IMG/VR virus record: IMGVR_UViG_3300022690_002678
Source: a virus
Strand: one strand, 5' to 3'
DNA: 64,000 nucleotides
Under the pieces are notes generated by a model. It searched no databases. It was not told the DNA's origin and was given only the letters and a program-made list of their open reading frames with translations. This document shows, piece by piece, positions 9,880 to 20,977 of the stretch. Made by a program: the position numbers and the translations under genes. The stretch's first letter is position 1. Every line of letters begins with the position of its first letter.

Positions 9880-9965
9880 TGTCTAACTTTTAATATTTAT
9901 TTTTTAATTTTCAAGAATATGGTGTCGTAATCTTTATCAACCACAAAAGTACGTCTTTTGTATAT

Positions 9966-10520
9966 TTGGTCAATAATAAAAAGAAATGGCATACTGTTAA
10001 AGAATATGTAGCAGCAAAGAAAAAATCACAAGAAAAATATAACAAATCTCCTAAAGGAATTGCATCTAGGAAAAAAGCTCAAGAGAAATTCAATAAAACA
10101 GATAACCGAAGAAATATTTCCAATAGATTTTATCACAAAAACAAGAATAGACTAAACGAAGAAAGACGTAACTCCACAGCAAGAAAAGAATCCCAGAACA
10201 AGTACAACATCTCCCTTAAAAATAAGATGTGCCAAAAACGTTATCGTAAAACACATGATCCCGTAATTGATACTAAAGAAGACATGGTAAGACGAGCTTG
10301 CAAAAAGCGAGATAACTATGTATGTCAGTGGCAAGGATGCAATGAAACAGAACATCTACATGCCCACCATATCTTCAAAAGATCAGACTATCCAGAGTTT
10401 CAATATCTTTTGTGCAATCTCATTACATACTGTCCTTTTCATCATTTTTGGACTCATATTCAAAACGGCGAGATTAAGGATGCCATCTTTGTAACTGCAT
10501 TTATGGATGTCTCTTTTTAG
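9966..10520 (+). CDS. HNH endonuclease with basic N-terminus
   Basis: RDNYVCQWQGC...LHAHHI...NLITYCPFHH. Confidence 0.8.
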   Translation: MVNNKKKWHTVKEYVAAKKKSQEKYNKSPKGIASRKKAQEKFNKTDNRRNISNRFYHKNKNRLNEERRNSTARKESQNKYNISLKNKMCQKRYRKTHDPVIDTKEDMVRRACKKRDNYVCQWQGCNETEHLHAHHIFKRSDYPEFQYLLCNLITYCPFHHFWTHIQNGEIKDAIFVTAFMDVSF

Positions 10521-10584
10521 ATTGTTTTATTCCTCATTTTACTGATCAATTAATACCTTTATTCCTGAAATCACTAAAAGTTTG

Positions 10585-10968
10585 ATGGCAAAAGCTAAAT
10601 GTACTAAATGTGGTGGCTGGGCAATTGCCAATACCTATGAGGAGGCAAGAAAAAGAATAAACCATGCAGTAGGACTATCCCGTGGAATAAAGTGCGGTGA
10701 CAACCATGGTAGAGTAATAGAGATAAATCCCAAAGTGCAATCTAAAGTAACAACAACTCAAAAAATAAAGAAAAAGATTTCTGAGTTATCTACACAAACA
10801 TCAGATACAAAGACCGAAGATAAAACACAAAGCAAACCAAAGACTGTAACCAAAGAAGCAAAGAAAGAAACAACCAAAGAAACAAAAAGCAAAGAACCAA
10901 CAAAAGAAACAAACAATGAATCCACAAAAGAAACAACAGAGAAAGTAAAAATATCATTTCTTAAATGA
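10585..10968 (+). CDS. Zn-ribbon protein with Lys/Thr/Glu-rich tail
   Basis: CTKC...HAVG...KCG; ATG 32 nt after promoter motif at 10553. Confidence 0.6.
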   Translation: MAKAKCTKCGGWAIANTYEEARKRINHAVGLSRGIKCGDNHGRVIEINPKVQSKVTTTQKIKKKISELSTQTSDTKTEDKTQSKPKTVTKEAKKETTKETKSKEPTKETNNESTKETTEKVKISFLK

Positions 10969-11013
10969 TTGTTAAATTCGTCATACCTTTAATCTAAAAT
11001 TATAAATTTTTGT

Positions 11014-11856
11014 GTGACTTCATCTATTTATCCAATTGATCTAACTCCAGCAAGTGAGAGTGTTAATTCTATAATTATTGATACTCCTGGTAATACTTTT
11101 ACAGGAGTTCAAACTGTTACAATAGCTGCACCATCTAGTGGCACTCAAGCTACTGGTACTGCTGTCATAGGAGTTGCTGGTGTAATTGAAACTATATCTG
11201 CAATAGGAGGTACTAATTCGGGTTATTCTGATGGTGAAGCAATTGCTATTACAGGTGGTAGCGGTAGTGATACTGCTCTTGCAACAGCAGTTATTTCTGG
11301 CGGTGTAATTCAGAGTCTTGCTTTTACTGATCGTGGAATTAACTATCTGAACACTGATACTGGACTTGTCATAACTGGTGCTGTTAGTGGTGCTGCTGGT
11401 GCAACATTTGATGTTACTGCGATTGCTGCTAATGGCGTAAGATCAATTATTATAGATATAGCAGGTTCTGGTTACACTGCCGCACCAACAGTGACAATTG
11501 TTGGAACCGTTGGAAGTGGAGCTACTGCTACTGCTGTTCTTGCAGTGGAACCTGATAGTAATATACTGGCATCTGATATTGCAATTATTTCTGATATGGT
11601 ATCTCCTGGCGGTGGTGGAATATTAAGACTATACTTTGCATTTGCATTTTCTGGAACGCCTGCTACCATAGGCGTTTTTAATAATGATATCTTTAAGGGC
11701 AACCTAAATGCTGATAATGATTCACAAGTAGTTGATAATGGATATTATAGATTTGATATTGATGTAGAAGCAGGAGACAATATCAATCTTCAATGCAGTA
11801 CTGATGCTGTTACAGTTAACTTTGTTCGTGCACACCTAGTTCAGTTCGGGGCATGA
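11014..11856 (+). CDS. Virion structural protein with Gly/Thr-rich GSGYT repeats
   Basis: GSGYTAAPTVTI motif shared with 625-1866 and 17180-18988; promoter motif at -31. Confidence 0.65.
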   Translation: MTSSIYPIDLTPASESVNSIIIDTPGNTFTGVQTVTIAAPSSGTQATGTAVIGVAGVIETISAIGGTNSGYSDGEAIAITGGSGSDTALATAVISGGVIQSLAFTDRGINYLNTDTGLVITGAVSGAAGATFDVTAIAANGVRSIIIDIAGSGYTAAPTVTIVGTVGSGATATAVLAVEPDSNILASDIAIISDMVSPGGGGILRLYFAFAFSGTPATIGVFNNDIFKGNLNADNDSQVVDNGYYRFDIDVEAGDNINLQCSTDAVTVNFVRAHLVQFGA

Positions 11857-11859
11857 CCC

Positions 11860-12954
11860 TTGATTTATTCACACAAGCCACAACGCTCTGGTCGAAGTAT
11901 TCATGCCAACACAAATAATCCTCCTCAAGATCCTCCTGCACCACCACTTAAGCTAGTACAGATGCAGAAACTAGAATCAACCATACAACAACAAAAAGTT
12001 CAGATTACAAAACTATTGGGCTATCAGAAATCCTACGAGTTGCTAAAGTCTGAGAACAGTATTCTGGAATTGCAATACAAGTCACAGCATACACAACTAG
12101 AGACACTCACTACAGAATATGACACACTTAAAGTGCATTCCATATCTGAAGAAGCAAAATACAACTCAACAATACAAGAACTAGAGGAAGTAAATGAGAA
12201 ATACCTAACAGAGAAACATAAAGTAGTTACACTTACAGCACAACTACACAAAATTACTAAAGAGTATGACAAAACTAATGAAAAGACAAAGACTGACAAG
12301 TTAGAATTTGAGGAAAAAATTAAAACACAGCAAGCAAAACTAAAAGAGAAACTATCCGCAGAAAAACAGCAAGCATCCATCATAGATACACAACAAGACA
12401 AACTAGAAGAGCAGCTAGAGAAAATAACACAAGAATATGACACACTCAAAGTACAATCCACATCTGATGAGGAAAAATACCAGTCAGCACTTGCAAAACT
12501 AGAGGGACAGCTAGAGAAACAAAGTGACGAGTATGACTTGTTTATGATACAATATACATCTAAAAAAGATATCATTGATGCAAAATATCACTCAACACTC
12601 AAGAAGCTTGATACACTAAATCACAAATATACAGAAGAGAAACAAAAAGCAAAGCAACAAGTCAATGCACTTACATCACAAATAGAAAAGATCACAAAAG
12701 AATATCACATATTCAAAGAAAAGAGCGAGACTATACAGTTAGAATTAAAGTCTGAGATTAAAGACAAGCAAACTCGACTAGATAGACAACAAATCAAAGT
12801 AAAGCAGCTAACCGAAGAGATAGCATCACTACAGGTTCCAGATGTATTAATTGAGGATAGTACGCCGCCAGTTCTAGATGCAGAACCATCTATTGAACCT
12901 AAGAAAAAACTTTCTTGGTTGCAACGATTCATTGGAATCTTTAGGAGAAAATAA
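11860..12954 (+). CDS. Long coiled-coil protein
   Basis: Heptad-rich Lys/Glu/Gln sequence with internal repeat (EYDTLKV...KY); basic amphipathic C-terminus. Confidence 0.7.
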   Translation: MIYSHKPQRSGRSIHANTNNPPQDPPAPPLKLVQMQKLESTIQQQKVQITKLLGYQKSYELLKSENSILELQYKSQHTQLETLTTEYDTLKVHSISEEAKYNSTIQELEEVNEKYLTEKHKVVTLTAQLHKITKEYDKTNEKTKTDKLEFEEKIKTQQAKLKEKLSAEKQQASIIDTQQDKLEEQLEKITQEYDTLKVQSTSDEEKYQSALAKLEGQLEKQSDEYDLFMIQYTSKKDIIDAKYHSTLKKLDTLNHKYTEEKQKAKQQVNALTSQIEKITKEYHIFKEKSETIQLELKSEIKDKQTRLDRQQIKVKQLTEEIASLQVPDVLIEDSTPPVLDAEPSIEPKKKLSWLQRFIGIFRRK

Positions 12955-13127
12955 TGGTATATCATCATTTTCCTCAAGCACCACATGGGTCTGTTGTAAC
13001 TAACACAAACTTTCCACCACAAAGCGAAGGGGAAAATGCTAGTCCTCCTGTGGGGGGAACTATGGAGTATGAAGACTTTGTTGCAATGGAATACGAGGAT
13101 CTAATCGATATGGATTATGAGCAGTAG
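12954..13127 (+). CDS. 57-aa protein (not in ORF track)
   Basis: TAATG overlap with upstream stop, ends 2 nt before next ATG; MVYHHFPQ...NTNFPPQ resembles the N-terminus of 11860 ORF. Confidence 0.6.
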   Translation: MVYHHFPQAPHGSVVTNTNFPPQSEGENASPPVGGTMEYEDFVAMEYEDLIDMDYEQ

Positions 13128-13129
13128 AT

Positions 13130-16100
13130 ATGCCAGCCCCGTGGTCTGCTAAAGGTGAAAAAGATGCAATCGTTGATGATGATGAATTTCTGATACTTGA
13201 TTCAGAAGATACTGCTCCTTCTACTACAAACAAGCGAGTCAAACGAAGTACAGTATTGACAGACATTAATGTTCTTGATTTCTTTGACGGTTCAACTCAA
13301 ACACAAGCAGCATCCCCTGAAAATTTTAACTGGCATGTTGATACTGCAATATTAGGTAATAGTTTTCTATTAACTTCTCAAACAACTGAATCAGTAGCAA
13401 TAGTCTTTAAAATTGATGGCACTCAAATGTATGTAATAAGTGGAAGTGGCTCCATTAATCCGTCATCCATAATTCAATATACTTTACCTATTGCTTGGGA
13501 TGTTACAAGTGCTACATCTCCTGTTATAGTAAGTTTATCTGCCGATGAAACTGATCCTTTTGGAGTATTCTTTAGACAAGATGGACTTAAAATGTATGTA
13601 GTTGGTTTAAGTGGTAAAGATGTCAATGAATTTGATTTAGGAACAGCTTGGGATTTAAATGGTACTCTTACTTTTGTTGCTTCAGCTTCAGTCAGCGCTC
13701 AAGAAACTATTCCTTCTGGTATATTCTTCAAACCAGACGGTACTCATTTTTATGTCGTAGGAACAGCTAGTCACACTGTATTTGATTTTATCTTATCTAC
13801 CCCATGGGATTTAACTGATACAGTCACATATACAAATAATTTTAAACTTATATCTGAAGATGATACTACTACTGATCTTCAATTTAAAAATGACGGTACT
13901 AAAATGTACGTTTGTGGAATTGATAATGATAGTGTATATGAATATTTTTTATCCACTCCTTGGGATGTAACTACTGCTACATTTGTAGAATCATTTGATT
14001 TTTCTTCTGAAGAAAGTACTGTAGAGGGCATATTCCTAAAGCCTGATGGTGACAGATTATATATGACTGGAGTCGGATCGAATACAGCTTTTGAATATAA
14101 TTTAGGAATAAAGACAGACGGCAAAGTTATATCTCAACAACTAGAAATTGAGAACGCTAGCAGTGGAGCTAATCCTGTCTTGTCTTCTAATTCTGTTGAT
14201 CAAGAATTAATTCTTACTGGCGGTCTAAATGTCCAGTTTACAGATCCAGCTACTGCCTTAAGGCTTCAAGATGCTTTTGGAGGTCTTTTCTTCTTTAATG
14301 AACTAGGAGCCTCTTCTCTATTTTCAGGTCAACTACTATTAGATTTAGCAGGAGATACTGCTCGCTTTGTTACAGAAGTTCAGATACCAATAGCAGATGA
14401 TGATGTAGGTGATATTGACCCACTTGCGGTTTTAGATATATTTAGAGCTGGCCCATCTAATATTCAAAATAGAATATTATATGAATTGCAAAATAATGGA
14501 ACACCTCTATATAATATTGCAGCAGACGGTACATGGGATTTCGAGGGAAATACCATAACTGAGGTAGTTATTCAATCTATTTTACCTAACGGCTCCATCT
14601 ATGTTGGAGATGAAACTAATGTATCAGCAGAAATTCCAACAGGACTGGAAACTAAAGAAGTATGTAGAATCGCAACTGTTACAAATAATATATTAGCTGG
14701 ATTAGGAATAATTGATGATGTTACTCCAATGGCTGGAGATAGAATTCTTGCAAAAAATCAATCTATTGCAACAGAGAATGGAATCTATATTGCAGCTGGA
14801 GGTACTTGGGTTAGAAGTTCAGATGCTAATGGCACACCAACTACAGGCGAAGTAAATAATGGAATGCTTACAAAAATTACAGAAGGAACTGTAAATGCAG
14901 ATACTGCTTGGGTGTTAATTACTGCTAATCCAATTACATTAGGTTCTGATGATCTAACATTTGAAGAATTTAATCTAGTTACTGGTAGTTTACCTGTCCC
15001 TGATACTGTATCAATAGTTGAAGGAAGTGATGATAATACAAAACAACTAAGATTTGAGATTGATGGCTTTACAACTGCTACTAAAAGAGTAATTACGCCA
15101 CCTGATGCTGATATTACTTTGGTTAATACTCCTAATGGATCTATAACAAATTCTAATCTTACTGCTGGTTCTTTTACAAATATTACAGGAGTTGGTATCC
15201 TTACTGACGGAACGTGGAATGCAGATACTATTGCAGTAGCAAATGGTGGAACAGGAGTTACTTCTTCTACTGGAACAATTAATGTTGTACTAAGCAATTC
15301 ACCAACTCTAGTCACTCCTAACCTTGGCACGCCAGCATCAGGTGATGCAACTAATTTAACAAATATTCCAATGGGTAATGCAACAGGAACACTTGCAGTA
15401 GCAAATGGTGGAACAGGAGCAACTTCACTTACTAGTGGTGGTGTATTATTTGGAACTGGCACTACGGCAATCACATCAAATGCTGTTGCAACTGGGAATA
15501 TCTTGTTTGGAGATTCAGGAACTGCAACTATTGGTATCATGTCTGGTGATGCAACAATTGACAATACAGGAGCAGTTACATTAGTTAGTACAGTAGTTCA
15601 GACTGATCAGGCAAATACTTGGAGTACAGGTATTCAGAGTTTTGCAGCAGCAACAAATTTAAGAATACCAGTATCTGCGTCTCCAACTATTGCAGTAAAT
15701 GGTGATATTGCTTTTGATACAACTGTCAATGACTTTTCTACTGGAGTAATCAAATTCTTTGGAACTGAAGAACAGGGCATAGTTACTATGCCACTTGGAG
15801 AATTTACTACTCCTATTAATGGAAATCTAATAGCTTACAATGCAGCTAATGATGAATTTGAATTAACATCTTCAATAACTCTTCCCGAAATTGCAGAACC
15901 TGCCCTTCCTTCTTCAAACACAGGAATATATTATGTTCATAATGATGACCTTACAGGTGATTCTGCACCTTGGTTTAAGGATGATGCTGGAAATGCTTTC
16001 AAATTACAAAACAAACAAATTATCGTACAAAGTTATTCTAGAACAAATCCTACAAATAATAGTTTCTTTGCCCTTAGTGGCAATACCACCTTTGAAGCAA

Positions 16101-16390
16101 GTAGACTTGATGCCGAAGTCGTGATGCCTAGAGCCACATATTTTAGTAATCAAACCATCCAGGTCAGTACTGGTAACCCAGGAGGAATTGTGGCAGTCCA
16201 GTTAAGGTTTAACGGTACCAATCAATACAATTTTAATATTCCAGCAGACGGTACAGGAGCTTTTACTATTGGTGATAGACGAGATTTAGCTGCAATTAAT
16301 GACAGAGTAGTTTATAGTTTTGGTGGAGGCATAGATGTGGCATTCATGGTTGCTTCGTGTAGTATAGTAGCATGGGATGGTAGTGATTAA
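13130..16390 (+). CDS. Tail fibre/spike-like protein with beta-propeller
   Basis: WDVT/WDL propeller repeats; GDRILAKNQ..ENGIY..WVRSSDA fibre motif; LAVANGGTG repeats. Confidence 0.7.
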   Translation: MPAPWSAKGEKDAIVDDDEFLILDSEDTAPSTTNKRVKRSTVLTDINVLDFFDGSTQTQAASPENFNWHVDTAILGNSFLLTSQTTESVAIVFKIDGTQMYVISGSGSINPSSIIQYTLPIAWDVTSATSPVIVSLSADETDPFGVFFRQDGLKMYVVGLSGKDVNEFDLGTAWDLNGTLTFVASASVSAQETIPSGIFFKPDGTHFYVVGTASHTVFDFILSTPWDLTDTVTYTNNFKLISEDDTTTDLQFKNDGTKMYVCGIDNDSVYEYFLSTPWDVTTATFVESFDFSSEESTVEGIFLKPDGDRLYMTGVGSNTAFEYNLGIKTDGKVISQQLEIENASSGANPVLSSNSVDQELILTGGLNVQFTDPATALRLQDAFGGLFFFNELGASSLFSGQLLLDLAGDTARFVTEVQIPIADDDVGDIDPLAVLDIFRAGPSNIQNRILYELQNNGTPLYNIAADGTWDFEGNTITEVVIQSILPNGSIYVGDETNVSAEIPTGLETKEVCRIATVTNNILAGLGIIDDVTPMAGDRILAKNQSIATENGIYIAAGGTWVRSSDANGTPTTGEVNNGMLTKITEGTVNADTAWVLITANPITLGSDDLTFEEFNLVTGSLPVPDTVSIVEGSDDNTKQLRFEIDGFTTATKRVITPPDADITLVNTPNGSITNSNLTAGSFTNITGVGILTDGTWNADTIAVANGGTGVTSSTGTINVVLSNSPTLVTPNLGTPASGDATNLTNIPMGNATGTLAVANGGTGATSLTSGGVLFGTGTTAITSNAVATGNILFGDSGTATIGIMSGDATIDNTGAVTLVSTVVQTDQANTWSTGIQSFAAATNLRIPVSASPTIAVNGDIAFDTTVNDFSTGVIKFFGTEEQGIVTMPLGEFTTPINGNLIAYNAANDEFELTSSITLPEIAEPALPSSNTGIYYVHNDDLTGDSAPWFKDDAGNAFKLQNKQIIVQSYSRTNPTNNSFFALSGNTTFEASRLDAEVVMPRATYFSNQTIQVSTGNPGGIVAVQLRFNGTNQYNFNIPADGTGAFTIGDRRDLAAINDRVVYSFGGGIDVAFMVASCSIVAWDGSD

Positions 16391-16391
16391 G

Positions 16392-16655
16392 ATGGTGGAC
16401 TATGAAAATACTACGTGGTCACCTGATACTTGTCCTTGTAGGTTTACTTTTAGTTCAACAGACACAGATGGTACTGTAACTTTTGATTTGGTTCATGTAA
16501 TACAATGGTGTTATGATCACAAGGATGTATCTGATGATGATTTAATGGAAACAGTTCGAGCAGATAATGCAAGTTATGGAGAATCTAGTCCTGATGTCCG
16601 TCAGGCTAGGTATGATGAACTTGTAGCATTGGGTATTACATATAATACTGAATAA
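16392..16655 (+). CDS. Hypothetical (possible fibre chaperone)
   Basis: Small acidic ORF directly after fibre gene. Confidence 0.5.
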   Translation: MVDYENTTWSPDTCPCRFTFSSTDTDGTVTFDLVHVIQWCYDHKDVSDDDLMETVRADNASYGESSPDVRQARYDELVALGITYNTE

Positions 16656-16784
16656 GCCTTTGGCTGTAGTTTTTGATAATACTACTTGGCGAGAAATTTC
16701 TAGAAGTTTAAACTAATTTTATAATTAATCTTTAACATATTTTAAATTGATCATACCTTTAATTTAGAAAAATTATTTTTTGTA

Positions 16785-17183
16785 TTGTCTTCTACTCCTG
16801 ACCAAACATTTTCAGACATTGATGAGACCAAAGATTTTCTAAACATTGCGCGAAGCAATACTGATTCTGATATTAAAATAGATACAAATAGAAATTCCGC
16901 AGATAACTACATTGCAAACCAAATAAGACTGCATGCAGAAATTCCACTAACTGACACTGATCCTGAACTAACATCTCTTGGTTCACAACTAGCAGCATCA
17001 TATTTCAATCAGTTTCAAAATCCAATGAAAACAGAAATGATGGAGCTAGTCAGGCAAACAAAACAAAGCATCCAAGACTATATCATGGAGACTTATGGCA
17101 GGAAAAATCCTAGCGGTCTCTCAGGGGATGAAACATTTGGAGTGACATCAGGCATTACTGGATTTACAACTACTAGCACATGA
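16785..17183 (+). CDS. Putative head-tail adaptor
   Basis: 132 aa helical protein, YSDIDETKDFL-like start, promoter motif at -32, start of neck/tail block. Confidence 0.5.
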   Translation: MSSTPDQTFSDIDETKDFLNIARSNTDSDIKIDTNRNSADNYIANQIRLHAEIPLTDTDPELTSLGSQLAASYFNQFQNPMKTEMMELVRQTKQSIQDYIMETYGRKNPSGLSGDETFGVTSGITGFTTTST

Positions 17184-18988
17184 CAGAACCTGGCGCTCCA
17201 ACTAACTTATCAGCCGAAGCTACAAACTCTACTACTGCAATACTGCAATGGAGTACCCCTGATGATGATGGTGGCGAAACAATTGATGGATACAAAATTG
17301 AGCGAAGTCTAGAAGGCGTCATACTTAGTATCGCAGTTGATGATGCTGGTTCTGGATATGATTCACCTCCTGCTGTTACTATTACTGGCGGTGGAGGAAC
17401 AGGAGCTACTGCAACTAGTATTATTGGCGGTGTAATTTTAAATGCATCATTAGGAGGTGTTACTACAAATTATAGTGATGGTGAATCAATTACCCTTTCA
17501 GGTGGCAGTGGTAATGGCGCTACTGGAACTGCAACAATTAGTGGTAATACAATTACTAGTGTTAATGTAACTGATGGTGGATCTGGATATGCTGTTGATG
17601 ATGAACTTACCATCACAGGTGATGATAGCGAGACTAATACTGCAACACTTACTGTTACTGCACTTGATACTTTTTTTAGTGATAATGTAACTTCAATTAT
17701 TATAGTTTTACAAGGAAACGGATACACATCTGCTCCAACTGTTACAATAGCTGCACCATCAAGTGGCACTACTGCAACTGCTTTTGATCCAATAGTTAGT
17801 GATGATTCTTTTTTGGTACTTGTTGCAGATACTGGAGATGCTACCACTACATTTACTGACAGTACGCTATTTGCAAGAAACAATCCAACTTATCGCGTAT
17901 CTGCAATTAATATAGATGGAACAGGTTTATCATCTAACACTGCAAGTACTACTACTCCAACATCAGAAGCGCAAACCATTACAGAACTATTGTTTGATGA
18001 GTGGTCACTGACTGGCGAGCTATCAAATGTTGTAGTTGGTGATATGAATGAGGTTGTACAATTTTTTGATAGGGGACAAATCCCAGGAAATAAAGTTGTA
18101 AAGGCAGTTACGGTTCAGAAAATAAATGAGCTTGGAAATGAAAACATTGTAGAACATCCCAAATTCTTTGAGCAGTCTGATACTTTTGAGGTGACATGTT
18201 TTCTGCAAGTTACTGATGGTGCAACAGATATCTTTTCTGTTTGGATTGACTTGATGCAGCAAATGACAGGAGAAGTATCACGAATTCTAAAGACTGTGTT
18301 TTCTCCATCAAGTGATACTGGGGAATTCTTTTCAACAAACACTGGATGGACTAAAGACGATACGTTTTTTCCAGACGATCCTATGCTAGTTAGAACTCTG
18401 CGCTTTACACTAACGAGACTCGTAGCTGCAAGTGATGAGGTATTTATTGGATACAAAGGAATCTTGGCATTTAGTGCTTTACTATCAAGTGGTGATTCAC
18501 TACCAACTAGTAACTATATCTACACTGAAGTTGAGCGTGTTCAAATAGTACAAGGGTGGCGAAACTTGCCATACATTACAACTGATGCAATATCTACTAC
18601 TGCCATTCCATTATACTATAGAGGTGCATTTAGTGGACGATTCTCATGTATGATGTATTTGAAGAAAAGTGATATAACTCAAAGTACACTAGACTCACTA
18701 ACCCAAATCTTTTTGCCTCAAGCAAATGGTGAACTTGGAACTGCGGTATTTGTTCATAGAGCACTAAACACTGAATTACCTACTGAGGCGTTGACTGAAA
18801 CAATTCCAGTAAACATTACAAATATAGAAAAGTTATCAGAGACTGAACAACTAATCCGTTACTATTTGCGTGGTAATCTTACTGAACCCACTACATCAAG
18901 CTTCCTTGGAGAGATGCTCTATGAAAATGCAGCTCAAGATGTTATGATATATGAAGATGTAGATGAAACACCACAAAGTTATGGGTAA
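17180..18988 (+). CDS. FN3-domain tail/neck protein with inserted GSGY domain
   Basis: PGAPTNLSA...LQWSTP...GYKIER split from FTDSTL...TYRVSAIN by ~160-aa insert; C-terminal tail-completion-like region. Confidence 0.65.
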   Translation: MTEPGAPTNLSAEATNSTTAILQWSTPDDDGGETIDGYKIERSLEGVILSIAVDDAGSGYDSPPAVTITGGGGTGATATSIIGGVILNASLGGVTTNYSDGESITLSGGSGNGATGTATISGNTITSVNVTDGGSGYAVDDELTITGDDSETNTATLTVTALDTFFSDNVTSIIIVLQGNGYTSAPTVTIAAPSSGTTATAFDPIVSDDSFLVLVADTGDATTTFTDSTLFARNNPTYRVSAINIDGTGLSSNTASTTTPTSEAQTITELLFDEWSLTGELSNVVVGDMNEVVQFFDRGQIPGNKVVKAVTVQKINELGNENIVEHPKFFEQSDTFEVTCFLQVTDGATDIFSVWIDLMQQMTGEVSRILKTVFSPSSDTGEFFSTNTGWTKDDTFFPDDPMLVRTLRFTLTRLVAASDEVFIGYKGILAFSALLSSGDSLPTSNYIYTEVERVQIVQGWRNLPYITTDAISTTAIPLYYRGAFSGRFSCMMYLKKSDITQSTLDSLTQIFLPQANGELGTAVFVHRALNTELPTEALTETIPVNITNIEKLSETEQLIRYYLRGNLTEPTTSSFLGEMLYENAAQDVMIYEDVDETPQSYG

Positions 18989-19030
18989 TTTAATGAAAAT
19001 ACCCATAAATTAAAAAAACTCTTACAATTA

Positions 19031-20935
19031 ATGTCAACTGAGAAGCCTTGGAGTGAATTAGCCACAAAGACCGATCCCATTGATGAGGATATAGTTGCAA
19101 TTTTAGATTCAGAAGACAGCGATGTTGAGACACAAAACAAGATAATTACCCTTGGGAGCATACCTACTACTGTTGGAGAGTCAAACACTGCAAGTAATTC
19201 AGGTTCTGGTGACGGACTAGCACAGCCAAAAGATAATGTAGATTTACCATTCAAGTCACTACTTGGAGAAACTGACAAAATAACTCTAACTGCAAATACT
19301 AATGATGTTACATTTACTGTAGGGAGTTTAGTAGTAACTACTGATCAGGCTAATACTTTTGGACTCTTTACCCAAACATTCAAAAACAGTACGCTATTTA
19401 TCCAAAATCCTGCTACTTCATCTACATATCAGTTTCAAACATCAGCCATTGGAGCTAATTTCACAGTAACACTTCCACTTCTTCTTGCTGATGATACTTT
19501 TGTCTTTGCAGATTTTATACAAACACTAACCAACAAAACACTAAGTTCACCAACAATTACAAACTATACAAATGCTACCCATGATCATGCTGATAATATT
19601 AGTGGTGGACTATTAACAAATTCAGCATTAACTTCGGGAGTGTTCTCATCTATTACTGGAATTGGTATACAAACACAAGACCTTGACATGAATGGCAATA
19701 ACATTGTAAACGCTCGACTGCCAACTGATACAAACTTTTGGGTTGATGCAACAGTTGACACCAAAAGACTTGCATGGGATTTGAGTGGATTTGATACAAT
19801 AATAACTAGAACTATCACAGTACCTAATGCTGATACTACACTTGTTGGAACTGATGTTACTCAAACTCTAATTAACAAAACAATAGCATTAGGTAGCAAT
19901 ACTATTTCTGGCACTCTTGTACAATTCAACACAGCACTAACTGATGATAGTTTTGCAACTTTGGAAGCAGATCAGATATTTACTGGACTCAATACTTTTA
20001 CTGACACTCTTACAATCGAAAATGATGGTGATGAGGCAAGATTAGCCCTTACAGCATTTAATGATGCTACTTTTGGATCATTTGTTACTGGAAGTTATGC
20101 ACATGGCACTCTTGCTTCTCCTACTGGTGTAGTTGATAATGATGTTGTATTTAGCTTTAATGCGCTTGGACATGATGGAACAGACTTTGGAATTGGATCA
20201 GAAATTGAGTTTATAGCAAATGGAATTTGGAGTATTACAAGTCATCCAATGAGAATTGATTTTTCTACTGTTCCATTAGATTCAGTTGCAACTCCCATAA
20301 AAAGACTTGAGATTGGATCAGAGGGTACTGCTGATTTTCAAGGAAATACCATAAATGATGCAACTCTAACTAATACAATAATAACGGCAGCAGCCAACAC
20401 GCTAACTATTGCATCAACTGACCTATCAGATACACTAGTTATAGTAAGAACTAATGAGACTAATACCTATGACGCATTTAGACAAACATTCACTCCTGAT
20501 AGCGGCGGTGATTCAGGTCTTAATGTAGGTTCAACTACTAGCGATCCTACTTCTCCACTAAATGGTGATATCTATTATGATTCTGCAACTAGCAAATTTC
20601 GCGCATTTGAAGATGATGTATGGTTAGATATGATATTTTCAGGTAGTACATTTACGTTGAATTATTCTACAGTTGGTAGCTCTTCAACTATTAGTGATGT
20701 TGCAATAGTTGGAGTTACTACTGCTGGTATTACCATATCGATTGCCAGTGCGGCAATTTTGGAAGCTGGCAGAATCTTTATAATTCATGATGAGACAGGA
20801 ATTGCATCAAGCAGTAATATTGTAATACAAGGCGAATCTAGTGAGACTATTGATGGTGTATCAAGTATATTACTTGTTGCAAATTTTAGCACCATAAGAC
20901 TATACACAAATGGCACGAATCTCTTTACTTGGTGA
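19031..20935 (+). CDS. Tail fibre-like protein
   Basis: QTLTNKT repeats; N-terminus PWS...ILDSED shared with 13130 ORF. Confidence 0.65.
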   Translation: MSTEKPWSELATKTDPIDEDIVAILDSEDSDVETQNKIITLGSIPTTVGESNTASNSGSGDGLAQPKDNVDLPFKSLLGETDKITLTANTNDVTFTVGSLVVTTDQANTFGLFTQTFKNSTLFIQNPATSSTYQFQTSAIGANFTVTLPLLLADDTFVFADFIQTLTNKTLSSPTITNYTNATHDHADNISGGLLTNSALTSGVFSSITGIGIQTQDLDMNGNNIVNARLPTDTNFWVDATVDTKRLAWDLSGFDTIITRTITVPNADTTLVGTDVTQTLINKTIALGSNTISGTLVQFNTALTDDSFATLEADQIFTGLNTFTDTLTIENDGDEARLALTAFNDATFGSFVTGSYAHGTLASPTGVVDNDVVFSFNALGHDGTDFGIGSEIEFIANGIWSITSHPMRIDFSTVPLDSVATPIKRLEIGSEGTADFQGNTINDATLTNTIITAAANTLTIASTDLSDTLVIVRTNETNTYDAFRQTFTPDSGGDSGLNVGSTTSDPTSPLNGDIYYDSATSKFRAFEDDVWLDMIFSGSTFTLNYSTVGSSSTISDVAIVGVTTAGITISIASAAILEAGRIFIIHDETGIASSSNIVIQGESSETIDGVSSILLVANFSTIRLYTNGTNLFTW

Positions 20936-20977
20936 TATCGACATAATACCTTTAATTCAAATTTTAACTTTTAGTTA

